64,000 bases of DNA from Flavobacteriales bacterium (GCA_046309775.1 JBKCOM010000187.1:22841-86840); one strand, 5' to 3'. Shown: positions 20,035-30,152, numbered from the stretch's first letter. Numbers and translations: made by a program. Notes: a model not told the origin generated them from the sequence alone.

Positions 20035-21903
20035 ATGATATCTATGAGAATTTATAAAATTCTATTTTCAATCCTTTCTCTTTGCGCTGTTTACACCGGA
20101 TTTGCTCAAACTTATACCGTTGTGACAGCAGACCAAGCGGTTCAAACGCTGCTCGGCCCGGGTGTACAATATTCTAACGCTCAGTTTACAGGAGTCGACT
20201 ATCAGTTGGGAACGGTCACTGGTGGAATTGCACCAATGCAAGTCACTTCAGGAATCGTTTTATGTACAGAAACAATTGATGTTAACGTTCCTGGCAGTTT
20301 CGCTTTCGGCAATGGCCAAGGTCAAGTAAACAATCCCGATCTACTCAGCGTTGCTAATTCAGTACCGCCGCTTATTAATCAAAACTTTCAGGTAAGTTCA
20401 ATTTGGGACTTAGCAATCTTGGAGTTTGACTTCGTGGCCACAGGCAATACCCTCAGCTTCGATTACATATTTGGCTCCATTGAATACTTCGCGTTTGAAA
20501 ACTCTCAATACAACGACGTTTTCGCATTCTTCCTATCTGGGCCTGGTATTACAGGTCCTTACGCAGCTCCTGCTGGATTTCCAGGCGGCGCTATCAACGT
20601 GGCGGTAGTTCCTGGCTCAGACCCTGTGCTACCCATCACAATCTCTAGTGTGAACGCAACTGTAAATCCTCAGTTTTTCATAGACAACCAAGCTGTGCAA
20701 GGAATTAATGTGGATGGATTAACTACTCAACTCACTGTTACAAGCGAACTGATTTGCGGTGAGACTTACCACATTGCTCTAGCTATTGCGGACTGTGGTG
20801 ATAGTGGACTCCATTCTACGGTAATTCTAAAAGAAGGGAGTTTCAATATCTCAGGAGACCTCATTACACCAATCACAGAAGACCCAAACAACCAATTTCC
20901 CGACTTGACTGTGGTTGAAGGATGTATTCCCGGGACTTTCAGAATCCTTCCTCCTCCTTGTCTCACAGAACCACTTACCGTTAATTTGAATTATACTGGT
21001 ACCGCCATTCAAACAGACGACTTTACTTCTTCCTATCCAACCCAACTCACCTTTGAATCAGGGGTAGAAGAGTACATCGTCACGGTTACTCCGCTCGATG
21101 ATGATTTGGTAGAAGGACCTGAATCGGTAACGTTGTCATTCACATATATCAATTTGTCCGGCGACGAAACATTGGAATCCGCTACGATTTTCATCCAAGA
21201 CTATGATGTGAATGAACCTTTCATTACGGATATTGAAAATGACTTCATCTGTCCTGGTGAAACCGCTACTATCACAGCAATTCCAAACCAAGGATATCCT
21301 CCTTATAGCTTCAGTTGGTCGACAGGTACCACTGGAACCAATACCGAAACTTTTGGATTGGGTTCTGAAGGTACCTACGAGGTGACCCTCACAGACTTCT
21401 GTGGATACACATGGACTGAACCATTCCAAATTTTCGAACCAGATACTTTCATGGTGCGTCCTCGAAGCGAAATCTGTGTTGGTGATATAGGAAGCCCTGT
21501 TGTGGGTGGATTGCCGCCTTATACTTACGTTTTCGAGCCAAATATTCTTGTCGAAGAGACCAATACCGTTCTCCGTGGCAATATTCTCGGAAGTACTTTG
21601 ATCACTGTTACAGATGCATGCGGACAGGTAAGAAATGGCGCAGTGGATATCGTAATCTGCGAAGTACCAAACGTATTCTCACCAAATGGTGATGGTCAAA
21701 ATGAATTCTTTGAAATTCAAGGCATAGACGCTTACCCAAATAGTAAACTCCAAGTATGGAATAGATGGGGAGTGATTGTTTACGAAAGTGAAAACTATGA
21801 GAACTTCTGGTCGGCAGAAGGCCAACCAGATGGTACATATTATTTCTTACTTCAGCGCGCTGATGGAAAGATTATCAATGGTGAAGTTACTGTCGTGAGA
21901 TAA
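20035..21903 (+). CDS. Secreted T9SS cargo: choice-of-anchor-L-like N-terminal domain, repeat modules and a type B (gliding-motility-associated) C-terminal sorting domain
   Basis: 622-aa ORF with a signal peptide. The N-terminal LEFDF...SFDYIFGSIEY...YNDVFAFFLSG pattern is present. The C-terminal VPNVFSPNGDGQNEFFEIQG...GTYYF segment is typical of type B T9SS sorting domains. Confidence 0.8.
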   Translation: MISMRIYKILFSILSLCAVYTGFAQTYTVVTADQAVQTLLGPGVQYSNAQFTGVDYQLGTVTGGIAPMQVTSGIVLCTETIDVNVPGSFAFGNGQGQVNNPDLLSVANSVPPLINQNFQVSSIWDLAILEFDFVATGNTLSFDYIFGSIEYFAFENSQYNDVFAFFLSGPGITGPYAAPAGFPGGAINVAVVPGSDPVLPITISSVNATVNPQFFIDNQAVQGINVDGLTTQLTVTSELICGETYHIALAIADCGDSGLHSTVILKEGSFNISGDLITPITEDPNNQFPDLTVVEGCIPGTFRILPPPCLTEPLTVNLNYTGTAIQTDDFTSSYPTQLTFESGVEEYIVTVTPLDDDLVEGPESVTLSFTYINLSGDETLESATIFIQDYDVNEPFITDIENDFICPGETATITAIPNQGYPPYSFSWSTGTTGTNTETFGLGSEGTYEVTLTDFCGYTWTEPFQIFEPDTFMVRPRSEICVGDIGSPVVGGLPPYTYVFEPNILVEETNTVLRGNILGSTLITVTDACGQVRNGAVDIVICEVPNVFSPNGDGQNEFFEIQGIDAYPNSKLQVWNRWGVIVYESENYENFWSAEGQPDGTYYFLLQRADGKIINGEVTVVR

Positions 21904-21909
21904 TTAATA

Positions 21910-23415
21910 TTAAGATATCAAAGAGGAGCCCGTCATTTCGACGGGCTTTTCTATTCCCATCATATTTAAAATCGTTGGAGCAACGTCAGCTAACTTTCCC
22001 GACTTGCAGGAGGTGATGTCTTTGTCAATAATCCAAATCGGAACGGGATTGGTCGTATGCGCTGTATTTGGACTTCCATCATCGTTCACGGCGAAGTCTG
22101 CGTTGCCATGGTCTGCTATTACTACGAATGAATAACCCTTTGAAGAAAGATTATCAACTACAAGGCGCAAACAATTATCAGTTGTTTCGACGGCTTTCAC
22201 GACAGCTTCAAAAACTCCCGTATGTCCTACCATATCTGGGTTTGCGAAGTTCAAGCAGATGAAATCTGCTGGGTATTCATCTGTTGTTTTGATGATGCTC
22301 TCCACAATGCCATATGCGGACATTTCTGGCTGTAAATCATAGGTCGCCACTTTAGGAGAAGCTACCATTGCCCTACGCTCGCCATCAAATTCTAGCTCAC
22401 GCCCTCCACTGAAGAAGAAGGTAACGTGTGGATATTTTTCTGTTTCAGCAATTCTTATTTGAGTCTTCCCAGCTGTACTCACAACTTCTCCTAAGGTCTT
22501 TACCAAATTGTCTTTATCATAAACTACTTCAACACCGGTATAGGTGTCGTCATAGTTCGTCATGGTGATATATTTCAGTGGAACTTTTTTCATTCCAAAC
22601 TCGGTAAAATCCTGTTGTGTCAGAGCTTCCGTGATTTCGCGGCAGCGATCTGTTCTGAAATTGAAACAGATTACCACATCTCCCGATTCAATTACTTCTG
22701 CTTCTCCAATTACTGCGGGTTTGATAAATTCATCGGTCACGTTTGATGCATACGCAGCTGAGATTGCATCGCTTGCAGTTGCAAATTTCTCACCCTCACC
22801 TTTGACCAACAAGTTATAGGCAAGCGCTACGCGTTCCCAACGCTTATCTCTATCCATCGCATAATAGCGTCCACACACCGATACGATTCGTGTATTTGCG
22901 GATTCATTTCTTTTTTCGAAAGCTTCTATAAATCCAAGCCCAGACTTAGGGTCAGTATCGCGCCCGTCTGTAAATGCATGTACACATGTTTTTACAGAAG
23001 CAAAACGTTTTGCAATACTTGTCAAAGCTACTAGATGATCAATATGAGAATGCACACCACCATCGCTTACAAGTCCCAAAAGATGCACCTTTTTGTTTTC
23101 TTTCTCCGCATATTCAAACGCTTGTTTAACTGTTGGGTGTTGTTGGAATTCTCCTTCGCGAATTGCAATATTTATTTTTACTAAATCCTGATAAACGACG
23201 CGACCAGCGCCAATATTCATGTGACCAACTTCACTATTTCCCATCTGTCCCTCTGGCAATCCAACATTCTCTCCATCTGTGCGCAGTTCTGCATGGGCAT
23301 ATTGGTCATACAAACTATCTGTAAAAGGCGTATTGGCTGCAAATACTGCATTGCTTTTGTCCTTTTTTCCATGTCCCCATCCATCGAGAATGATTAGTGC
23401 TACTTTTTTATTCAT
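21910..23415 (-). CDS. gpmI: 2,3-bisphosphoglycerate-independent phosphoglycerate mutase
   Basis: 501-aa ORF with LIILDGWG, SEVGHMNIGAGR and ADHGNA motifs. Confidence 0.95.
   Translation of the reverse strand: MNKKVALIILDGWGHGKKDKSNAVFAANTPFTDSLYDQYAHAELRTDGENVGLPEGQMGNSEVGHMNIGAGRVVYQDLVKINIAIREGEFQQHPTVKQAFEYAEKENKKVHLLGLVSDGGVHSHIDHLVALTSIAKRFASVKTCVHAFTDGRDTDPKSGLGFIEAFEKRNESANTRIVSVCGRYYAMDRDKRWERVALAYNLLVKGEGEKFATASDAISAAYASNVTDEFIKPAVIGEAEVIESGDVVICFNFRTDRCREITEALTQQDFTEFGMKKVPLKYITMTNYDDTYTGVEVVYDKDNLVKTLGEVVSTAGKTQIRIAETEKYPHVTFFFSGGRELEFDGERRAMVASPKVATYDLQPEMSAYGIVESIIKTTDEYPADFICLNFANPDMVGHTGVFEAVVKAVETTDNCLRLVVDNLSSKGYSFVVIADHGNADFAVNDDGSPNTAHTTNPVPIWIIDKDITSCKSGKLADVAPTILNMMGIEKPVEMTGSSLIS
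21928..21950 (+). terminator. Probable terminator of the T9SS cargo gene, embedded in the 3' end of convergent gpmI
   Basis: GCCCGTC / GACGGGC stem, ATTTC loop and a TTTT tail, 25 nt after the stop at 21903. Confidence 0.5.
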
Positions 23416-23427
23416 AAATTTTTTATT

Positions 23428-24369
23428 CTATAGAATTATGGGAAGCTTAACCGTGAAAGTGCTGCCTTCATTGAGTTCGGATTTTACCTCTACGCTTCCG
23501 CCGTGCAATTTTACAATGTTTTTGACGATATACAGTCCGAGTCCAGTGCCTTTCGTCTTGCGAGTATCCTCATTTCCTACACGATAAAATTTCTCGAAAA
23601 TTCGCTGCCTTTCATCCGTGGAGATGCCGATTCCGTTGTCTTTTACTTTCAACACCAACACTCCTTGTTCTTCCAATAAAGTGACTTCTATTTTCTTCTC
23701 TTTTTTTGAATATTTTATTGCGTTTTCAATGAGATTATTAAATACTGCCGATAGTAATTGTCCATCTCCTTTCGTTTCCCCTTTTGTCTGAATATTGCGC
23801 TCAACCACCAACTCGGGTGATAAGCTTTGATAACGCTGGAGGCTATTTTGAAGCAAATCAGAAACATTCACTTTTTCTATAAACACATGGTCTCGTGAGT
23901 CGTCAAGTCTTGTGACGAGAAGTATATTTTCACTCAATACCTGAAGCCTTGTGTTTTCTTTCAATGCATCTTCAATAATCTTTTGCTCTTGTTCGCTACT
24001 CAGCTTGCGCGTTCTGAGAGTTTCAAGAAATAACTTGACAGCGGCAATAGGGGTTTTTAATTCATGTGTTACGGATAACAAAAAAGATTTTTCTCTTTTA
24101 GCTAATCGCAATTCTTTTGAAACATTTCGCTTGATGGTATAAAAGCCAAAAGCGAGGAGCAAAAAGAAAATTAAGCCTTCGCCTAAAATCATCCATACTT
24201 TTTTCTGGTAGATTTCAGAGTGATTGATTCCGAGAGTTATCGTTCGTAATTCATAAAGTTCGCGGTTGATGTCTATCAAATGATAGGCCCACCAACCTGC
24301 TTGAAATAAAATATACAGTCCTAGAATGTACAGGATGTATAATGTTCTCTTTTCTTTGGAGTCCACCAT
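23428..24369 (-). CDS. Membrane sensor histidine kinase (HisKA + HATPase_c)
   Basis: 313-aa ORF with two N-terminal TM helices. It has the H-box SVTHELKTPIAA, N-box NLIENAIKYS, DNGIGIS and GTGLGLYIV. No response regulator gene is adjacent. Confidence 0.9.
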   Translation of the reverse strand: MVDSKEKRTLYILYILGLYILFQAGWWAYHLIDINRELYELRTITLGINHSEIYQKKVWMILGEGLIFFLLLAFGFYTIKRNVSKELRLAKREKSFLLSVTHELKTPIAAVKLFLETLRTRKLSSEQEQKIIEDALKENTRLQVLSENILLVTRLDDSRDHVFIEKVNVSDLLQNSLQRYQSLSPELVVERNIQTKGETKGDGQLLSAVFNNLIENAIKYSKKEKKIEVTLLEEQGVLVLKVKDNGIGISTDERQRIFEKFYRVGNEDTRKTKGTGLGLYIVKNIVKLHGGSVEVKSELNEGSTFTVKLPIIL

Positions 24370-24404
24370 GCAAACAAAGGTAAGTCGCTAAAGGTTATAC
24401 GCTC

Positions 24405-25415
24405 ATGTCATTATTAAAATTTACAGATTCAGGCATATACTGTGAGGCAGGAGATTTTTATATTGATCCATGGAGACGTGTCCAGCGTGCTGTGATCACA
24501 CATGCGCACAGCGATCACGCCCGCTGGGGAATGGAGCATTATCTAGCTCACCCCATCTCCGGTGAAGTGATGAAGTTGAGGCTTGGAGCCGACATCTCAC
24601 TCCAGACAATTCCATACTCCGAGTCAGTGAGCATCAATGGTGTGAAGGTATCGTTTCACCCTGCTGGTCATATTCCAGGCTCTTCACAAGTTAGGGTAGA
24701 GTATAAAGGAGAAATTTGGGTGGCGGCTGGTGATTATAAAACGCAACCAGACAATGTCAGTGATGCCTTCGAAACAGTGAAATGTCATGGTTTTATTACT
24801 GAAAGTACCTTTGGGTTACCAGTTTATAAATGGAAAAACAATGATGATATTCTGAATGAAATAAATACCTGGTGGGCTCTGAATGCGGCAAATAACATCA
24901 CTTCCGTGATTTTTTGTTACAGCTTGGGAAAGGCACAAAGAATACTAAATGGACTACAAAATATCGGTCCGGTTTTTTGTCATGGCGCTATTGCCAATAC
25001 AAATGAGGCTTTGAGAAATGCGGGTTTGCTTGTCCGAGATTGTGATACGATTCAAAAGGATACAAATCCTGAATTGTTCAGAAAAGCCATTATTCTTGCT
25101 CCTCCTGGCGCAGAGGGAACCCCGTGGATGAAAAGATTTAAAGACGTTTCTACTGGAATAGCCAGCGGCTGGATGCAATTGAGAGGAACGCGCAGAAGAA
25201 GAAATGCTGATAGAGGCTTTGTGATGTCCGATCACGCTGACTGGCCGGGATTGATTGATGCTGTCAAATCTACTGGCGCCGACAAAATAGTTGTTACACA
25301 TGGCTATACGGATGTGTTTGCTCGATACCTAGCCGAAAACGGTTGGAACGCGATTACTGAAAAAACAGAATTCGGTGCAGAAGAAGAAGAGGCTTCTCAA
25401 ATTGATGCAGCATGA
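24405..25415 (+). CDS. Ligase-associated DNA damage response exonuclease (metallo-beta-lactamase fold)
   Basis: 336-aa ORF with the THAHSDH metal motif and a C-terminal DHAD. Its stop overlaps the ligase start (ATGA). Confidence 0.8.
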   Translation: MSLLKFTDSGIYCEAGDFYIDPWRRVQRAVITHAHSDHARWGMEHYLAHPISGEVMKLRLGADISLQTIPYSESVSINGVKVSFHPAGHIPGSSQVRVEYKGEIWVAAGDYKTQPDNVSDAFETVKCHGFITESTFGLPVYKWKNNDDILNEINTWWALNAANNITSVIFCYSLGKAQRILNGLQNIGPVFCHGAIANTNEALRNAGLLVRDCDTIQKDTNPELFRKAIILAPPGAEGTPWMKRFKDVSTGIASGWMQLRGTRRRRNADRGFVMSDHADWPGLIDAVKSTGADKIVVTHGYTDVFARYLAENGWNAITEKTEFGAEEEEASQIDAA

Positions 25416-27001
25416 AACAGTTTACCGACCTCTTCATAGAGCTAGATCAAACCACCAAGACGAATGCAAAGATTGATGCATTGGTGAGATACTTCGAACA
25501 AGCTACGGATAATGACAAACTTTGGTGCATGGCTTTGCTTACAGATAAGCGTCCGCCAAGGCCTTTAAATACTACCTTGTTGCGACAATTGGCAGCACAA
25601 GAGGCCAAAATAGATCTTTGGCTGTTCGAAGAAACTTATCACGTGGTAGGCGATCTATCAGAAACTATTAGCTTGCTTGTTGAACAGCAATACGAACACC
25701 CTGAATGGCCCCTCAGTCAATGGATGCATGAAATTTCGGGGTTGAAGAAAAGAGAAGAAAACGAGCGAATCGCCTTTGTTGTAAATGCATGGAAAGGTTT
25801 GGATAAAGAAAATAAATTTATTTTCAATAAATTGATTGGAGGCGGATTTCGAATGGGGGTTTCATCACAAATCGTAATTAAAGCCTTATCCAAGCACAGC
25901 TCTATTCCCGCCGAGTCTATTGCACACAAGCTAATGGGCAATTGGTCACCAGAGTCCACATCATATCATGATTTGATTTTTGGAGATGCTTCGAAAAATA
26001 ATGATGCGATTCCCTATCCATTTTATCTCGCCTATCCAGTGGAAGATTTGACAGAACTGGTCAATCCAAATGACTGGATTTTTGAGAGAAAGTGGGATGG
26101 CATAAGGGGCCAAATTATAAATAGAAATGGAAATGTATACGTCTGGACTAGAGGAGAGGACCTCGTGACGGATAGGTTTCCTGAAATAAACTCAGCATTT
26201 AATAGTGGTAAAAATTTCGTAATTGATGGTGAAATAATTTGTCATGATGGCGAAAATCCTCTGCCATTTGCAACTCTTCAGACTCGCATAGGAAGAAAAA
26301 CTGTTGGAAAGGCCAGTCTTTCCAAGGCTCCAATAAAATTTATTGCTTACGATATTCTCGAATTGGACGGACAGGATTTGAGAGAGCTACCTTTGATTGA
26401 ACGGAAGTCCATCCTTCAAAATCTGCTGGAAGATTTACATCATCCCAACTTGATTTTCTCGGAGATATTGAGTTTTGACGATTGGCAATCCGCTACTGCT
26501 GTGAGAGCCAAGGCGCGTGAAGAGTTTTGTGAAGGGCTCATGATTAAGCACAAACAAAGTACCTACAAGGTTGGTCGAAAACGAGGCGAATGGTGGAAGT
26601 GGAAACTAGATGCACTTACCATTGACGCAGTGATGATTTATGCTATGCGAGGCCACGGACGGCGAGCAAACCTCTACACTGATTTTACTTTCGCAGTCTG
26701 GCAAGACCACAAACTTGTGCCCTTCACTAAAGCATACTCCGGACTTACCGATGCTGAAATGAAAGAAGTAGACGCTTTCGTCAAGAAAAATACCATAGAC
26801 AAATTCGGACCCGTTCGAAGCGTCAATCCTGAGCTCGTCTTCGAAATCGCCTTTGAGGGAATACAAAAATCTTCAAGACACAAAAGCGGCATCGCTCTCC
26901 GTTTTCCGCGTATTCACCGATGGAGAAAAGACAAATTGCCACATCAAGCGAATACACATCAAGACTTGCTAGATTTGCTCAATAAATACGGTGCACAATA
27001 A
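25412..27001 (+). CDS. ATP-dependent DNA ligase
   Basis: 529-aa ORF with nucleotidyltransferase motif I ERKWDGIRG (KxDG), DGEI and EGLMIK motifs and a C-terminal OB domain. It is operonic with the exonuclease. Confidence 0.9.
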   Translation: MKQFTDLFIELDQTTKTNAKIDALVRYFEQATDNDKLWCMALLTDKRPPRPLNTTLLRQLAAQEAKIDLWLFEETYHVVGDLSETISLLVEQQYEHPEWPLSQWMHEISGLKKREENERIAFVVNAWKGLDKENKFIFNKLIGGGFRMGVSSQIVIKALSKHSSIPAESIAHKLMGNWSPESTSYHDLIFGDASKNNDAIPYPFYLAYPVEDLTELVNPNDWIFERKWDGIRGQIINRNGNVYVWTRGEDLVTDRFPEINSAFNSGKNFVIDGEIICHDGENPLPFATLQTRIGRKTVGKASLSKAPIKFIAYDILELDGQDLRELPLIERKSILQNLLEDLHHPNLIFSEILSFDDWQSATAVRAKAREEFCEGLMIKHKQSTYKVGRKRGEWWKWKLDALTIDAVMIYAMRGHGRRANLYTDFTFAVWQDHKLVPFTKAYSGLTDAEMKEVDAFVKKNTIDKFGPVRSVNPELVFEIAFEGIQKSSRHKSGIALRFPRIHRWRKDKLPHQANTHQDLLDLLNKYGAQ

Positions 27002-27750
27002 TGCAAGCCCCAAATAGAATAGTTTCTTTAGTGCCAAGCAAAACCGAACTATTGTTCGATTTGGGACTGGATGAGCAAGTGGTGGGCATCACTAAATTCT
27101 GTGTGCATCCTCAACATTGGTTTCGTTCTAAAATGAGGATTGGCGGTACAAAAAACGTCAATCTCGAGAAAGTCGCTTCTTTAAATCCCGATTTAATTAT
27201 CGCAAATAAGGAAGAAAATACCCAGTCAGAAATAGAGTGGCTCATGCAGCGTTTCAATGTGTATATGTCTGACATTCTATCTGTGAATGATGCGCTGAAA
27301 ATGATTGAAGATGTGGGTTCAATGACTGGCAAGGTAGAGGCGGCCACACGTATTGTCAATGAAATTCAGCATGAAAGAGGCGTTTTCGCTAGAACAATCC
27401 CAACCTACGGCAGCGTTGTATATTTGATTTGGAAGAATCCTTGGATGGGCGTCGGCCGCAACACATTCATACACGCTATGCTTCGCGAAGGGGGCTGGGA
27501 AAATGCTTTGGAAGACGACTACGAGCGTTATCCAGAGCTGACCATGGATGATATTTTGTCTGCGGCTCCACAAAATGTTTTTTTGTCCAGTGAACCCTTT
27601 CCATTTAAAGCTCAACATATTGCTGAAATCAAGGAGAAACTTCCATTCGCTAACATCCGCCTCGTGGACGGGGAGATGTTTAGTTGGTATGGAAGCCGCA
27701 TGATTCAGGCTTTTTCGTATTTCGACGAAATAAGAAAACCAACATTTTAA
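27001..27750 (+). CDS. Periplasmic-binding-protein fold (BtuF/TroA 'helical backbone') protein without signal peptide
   Basis: 249-aa ORF beginning NRIVSLVPSKTELLFDLGL...VVGIT, with DLIIAN. This is typical of cobalamin/siderophore-type class III binding proteins. There is no hydrophobic leader. The ATG shares one nucleotide with the ligase stop (TAATG). Confidence 0.7.
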   Translation: MQAPNRIVSLVPSKTELLFDLGLDEQVVGITKFCVHPQHWFRSKMRIGGTKNVNLEKVASLNPDLIIANKEENTQSEIEWLMQRFNVYMSDILSVNDALKMIEDVGSMTGKVEAATRIVNEIQHERGVFARTIPTYGSVVYLIWKNPWMGVGRNTFIHAMLREGGWENALEDDYERYPELTMDDILSAAPQNVFLSSEPFPFKAQHIAEIKEKLPFANIRLVDGEMFSWYGSRMIQAFSYFDEIRKPTF

Positions 27751-27827
27751 AATATCGTGGTGAAATTGTGAATACCTTGCATGCCAATAATGGTTTGCTT
27801 TTCTTTGTATTCGAAAATTGAAGTCGC

Positions 27828-30104
27828 TTGAGAGTTTGCCTGCTTTTTATTCTCCTGTTTTTCTCGCATCACTTTGCTTCCGCGCAAAGAGTGGGCGTTG
27901 TCTTGAGCGGCGGTGGCGCTACGGCTTTGGCGCACGTAGGTTTCTTAAGGGCCTTAGAAGAAAATGATATACCTATTGACTACATCGCGGGTACAAGCAT
28001 GGGCTCTGTGATAGCTGCAATGTACGCTAGTGGTTATACCGTGGATGAGATTCAGCGTTTTGTTTTAAGCGAAGAGTTCGCGCGCATGAGTGATGGTGAT
28101 TTACCCGAAGACTACCGCTATTTCTTTCACTCTGCTGACCCATCGGCTGCTATGGCGACCATAAAATACTCCAAAGGGACATTCATTACCAATGCAATTC
28201 CTACCAATCTCATTGATCCTGCTTCTCTAGACTGGTCTTTGATGTCTGCTTTCGGTGCTATTGATCAGGCTGCTAATTATTCTTTCGACAGTCTATATAT
28301 TCCTTTTCGCTGCATCGCAGCCGATGTTGAAAATAAGCGGGAGATTATATTTCGCAATGGCTCCCTCAACATTGCACTCCGCGCGTCATCCACCTATCCA
28401 TTTTATCTTCCACCAAGGCGGGTAAACGGTGTTCTACTTTATGACGGTGGTATTTACAATAATTTTCCGGTGGACATGCTCTATAGAGAATTTATGCCGG
28501 ATGTTATCATTGGCTGCACGGTGTCTTCTGAAAATCCCACTCCCAAAGAAGGAGATATTCTCTCTCAACTCGAGAGCATGATCATGTTTCGCGATGTGAC
28601 ACCTTCACTATGCGAAGAAATGATTGTCATTAAACCTAAAGGCGAAAGTATCGGAACTTTTGAATTTGAAAAGGTAAATGAGGCTATAGAATTAGGGTAT
28701 AAAGCTACTGCCGATAGTATGGCTTCAATACTTGCCTTAGTGCAGAGGAAGGTATCACCATCAGAGCGTTCAGAGAGAAGAGGGGCATTTAAAAACAAAA
28801 TAAAACCTGTACAGATAGAAGAAATATTTCTCAATGGACTCGAGAATAGCCAAAAGTATTATATCAGAAAAATGATTGGTAAGAAAAATCCAATTATCAC
28901 TCTCGATGAATTGAGAAAACCCTACTTCCGATTATTTAGCGATGTTAGAATAAAAAGTATTTTTCCTGAATTAAAATTCAATAATGCCACAGGTAATTAC
29001 AAATTAAATCTTGATGTAGAAAAGGAAAAAGATTTGTTTATTTCCTTTGGTGGAAATTTCTCCTCTCGATCAATCAATACAGGTTTCGTAGGATTAAAAT
29101 ATAATTTATTTGGAAAGACGGGTGCCACATTGTCTGCCAATAGCTACTTCGGGCGTTTTTACGCTTCCGTAAAAGGGGACATCAAATGGGACTTTCCTGG
29201 CACTTATCCCATTTCATTGAATGGTTCTTTCACTCAAAGCAGGTGGGATTTTTACCGCTCGCTTGCGACATTTTTTGATGATGTAAAACCGTCATTTATT
29301 CTGCTCAATGAGCGTGTGGGATCCTTGGGAATCACCATTCCTTCAGGAAATAATGCCAAGATTTCAGCGACGGCCTCTTACGCTTATATGTTCGATGAAT
29401 ATTACCAAACGCAACAATTCTTATCCGTCGATACCGCTGATCGTACCAATTTAGAAGCTTTCGTTTTCCGCACCGCCTGGGAGCGCAGCACGCTGAATCG
29501 ACCTCAATGGGCAAGTAGTGGAAGTTATATGCTTATTGCTGGAAAGTATCTCAATGGTATGGAATCTACTATTCCCGGCACCACCAGCGCAATTAGAGAT
29601 ACCACCAATCGCTTTCATGAATGGTGGATAGCAAGGTTTCAATACACGAATTATTTTTTATCTAAAAAGGGTTTTCATGCTGGTTTTCATATCGAGGGTG
29701 TGGCTTCAACGATGGACTTTCTCAATAATTATATCAGCAGTGCCATTATGGCTCCAGCTTTTCAACCCATCCCCGAAAGCCGTACTTTCTTCTTGCCACA
29801 GTTTAGAGCTTATAATTATGCCGCGGCGGGCTTAAGTGCGGTGTACAGCTTTACGCGCGCTTTAGACTTGCGCGTCGATGCATATTCTTTTGCAGCTTTT
29901 GGCCGAATCGTTCCCGACGAATTCAATCGCGGTTCGTATCGTACCGGAATTGAACCATATTACATTCTTTCATCTACATTGGTTTTACACTCTCCGCTCG
30001 GTCCTATAAGCGTTTCAGCCAATTATTACGATCAGAAGGAAGACCCTATTAGTGTCTTGTTCAACTTCGGATATATCATTTTTAATTCGAGCCCCAGAGA
30101 CTAG
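27828..30104 (+). CDS. Patatin-like phospholipase fused to a C-terminal Omp85-type outer-membrane barrel
   Basis: 758-aa ORF with a TTG start and a signal peptide (LLFILLFFSHHFASAQ). It has the oxyanion GVVLSGGGATALAHVG, nucleophile GTSMGS and catalytic Asp in YDGGIYNNFP. The C-terminal about 400 aa are beta-strand-rich. Confidence 0.85.
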   Translation: MRVCLLFILLFFSHHFASAQRVGVVLSGGGATALAHVGFLRALEENDIPIDYIAGTSMGSVIAAMYASGYTVDEIQRFVLSEEFARMSDGDLPEDYRYFFHSADPSAAMATIKYSKGTFITNAIPTNLIDPASLDWSLMSAFGAIDQAANYSFDSLYIPFRCIAADVENKREIIFRNGSLNIALRASSTYPFYLPPRRVNGVLLYDGGIYNNFPVDMLYREFMPDVIIGCTVSSENPTPKEGDILSQLESMIMFRDVTPSLCEEMIVIKPKGESIGTFEFEKVNEAIELGYKATADSMASILALVQRKVSPSERSERRGAFKNKIKPVQIEEIFLNGLENSQKYYIRKMIGKKNPIITLDELRKPYFRLFSDVRIKSIFPELKFNNATGNYKLNLDVEKEKDLFISFGGNFSSRSINTGFVGLKYNLFGKTGATLSANSYFGRFYASVKGDIKWDFPGTYPISLNGSFTQSRWDFYRSLATFFDDVKPSFILLNERVGSLGITIPSGNNAKISATASYAYMFDEYYQTQQFLSVDTADRTNLEAFVFRTAWERSTLNRPQWASSGSYMLIAGKYLNGMESTIPGTTSAIRDTTNRFHEWWIARFQYTNYFLSKKGFHAGFHIEGVASTMDFLNNYISSAIMAPAFQPIPESRTFFLPQFRAYNYAAAGLSAVYSFTRALDLRVDAYSFAAFGRIVPDEFNRGSYRTGIEPYYILSSTLVLHSPLGPISVSANYYDQKEDPISVLFNFGYIIFNSSPRD

Positions 30105-30152
30105 TTTTTTTCTTCTTGTGGGAATGTTTAGCTTTGTCTATCAATTTTGAGT

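Noticed and set aside
27828-30104. Patatin-like phospholipase as an anti-phage (CBASS-type) effector or defence island marker.
   Set aside because: It has a secretion signal and an outer-membrane barrel. No cyclase, sensor, nuclease or other defence genes are adjacent. The neighbours are housekeeping-type.
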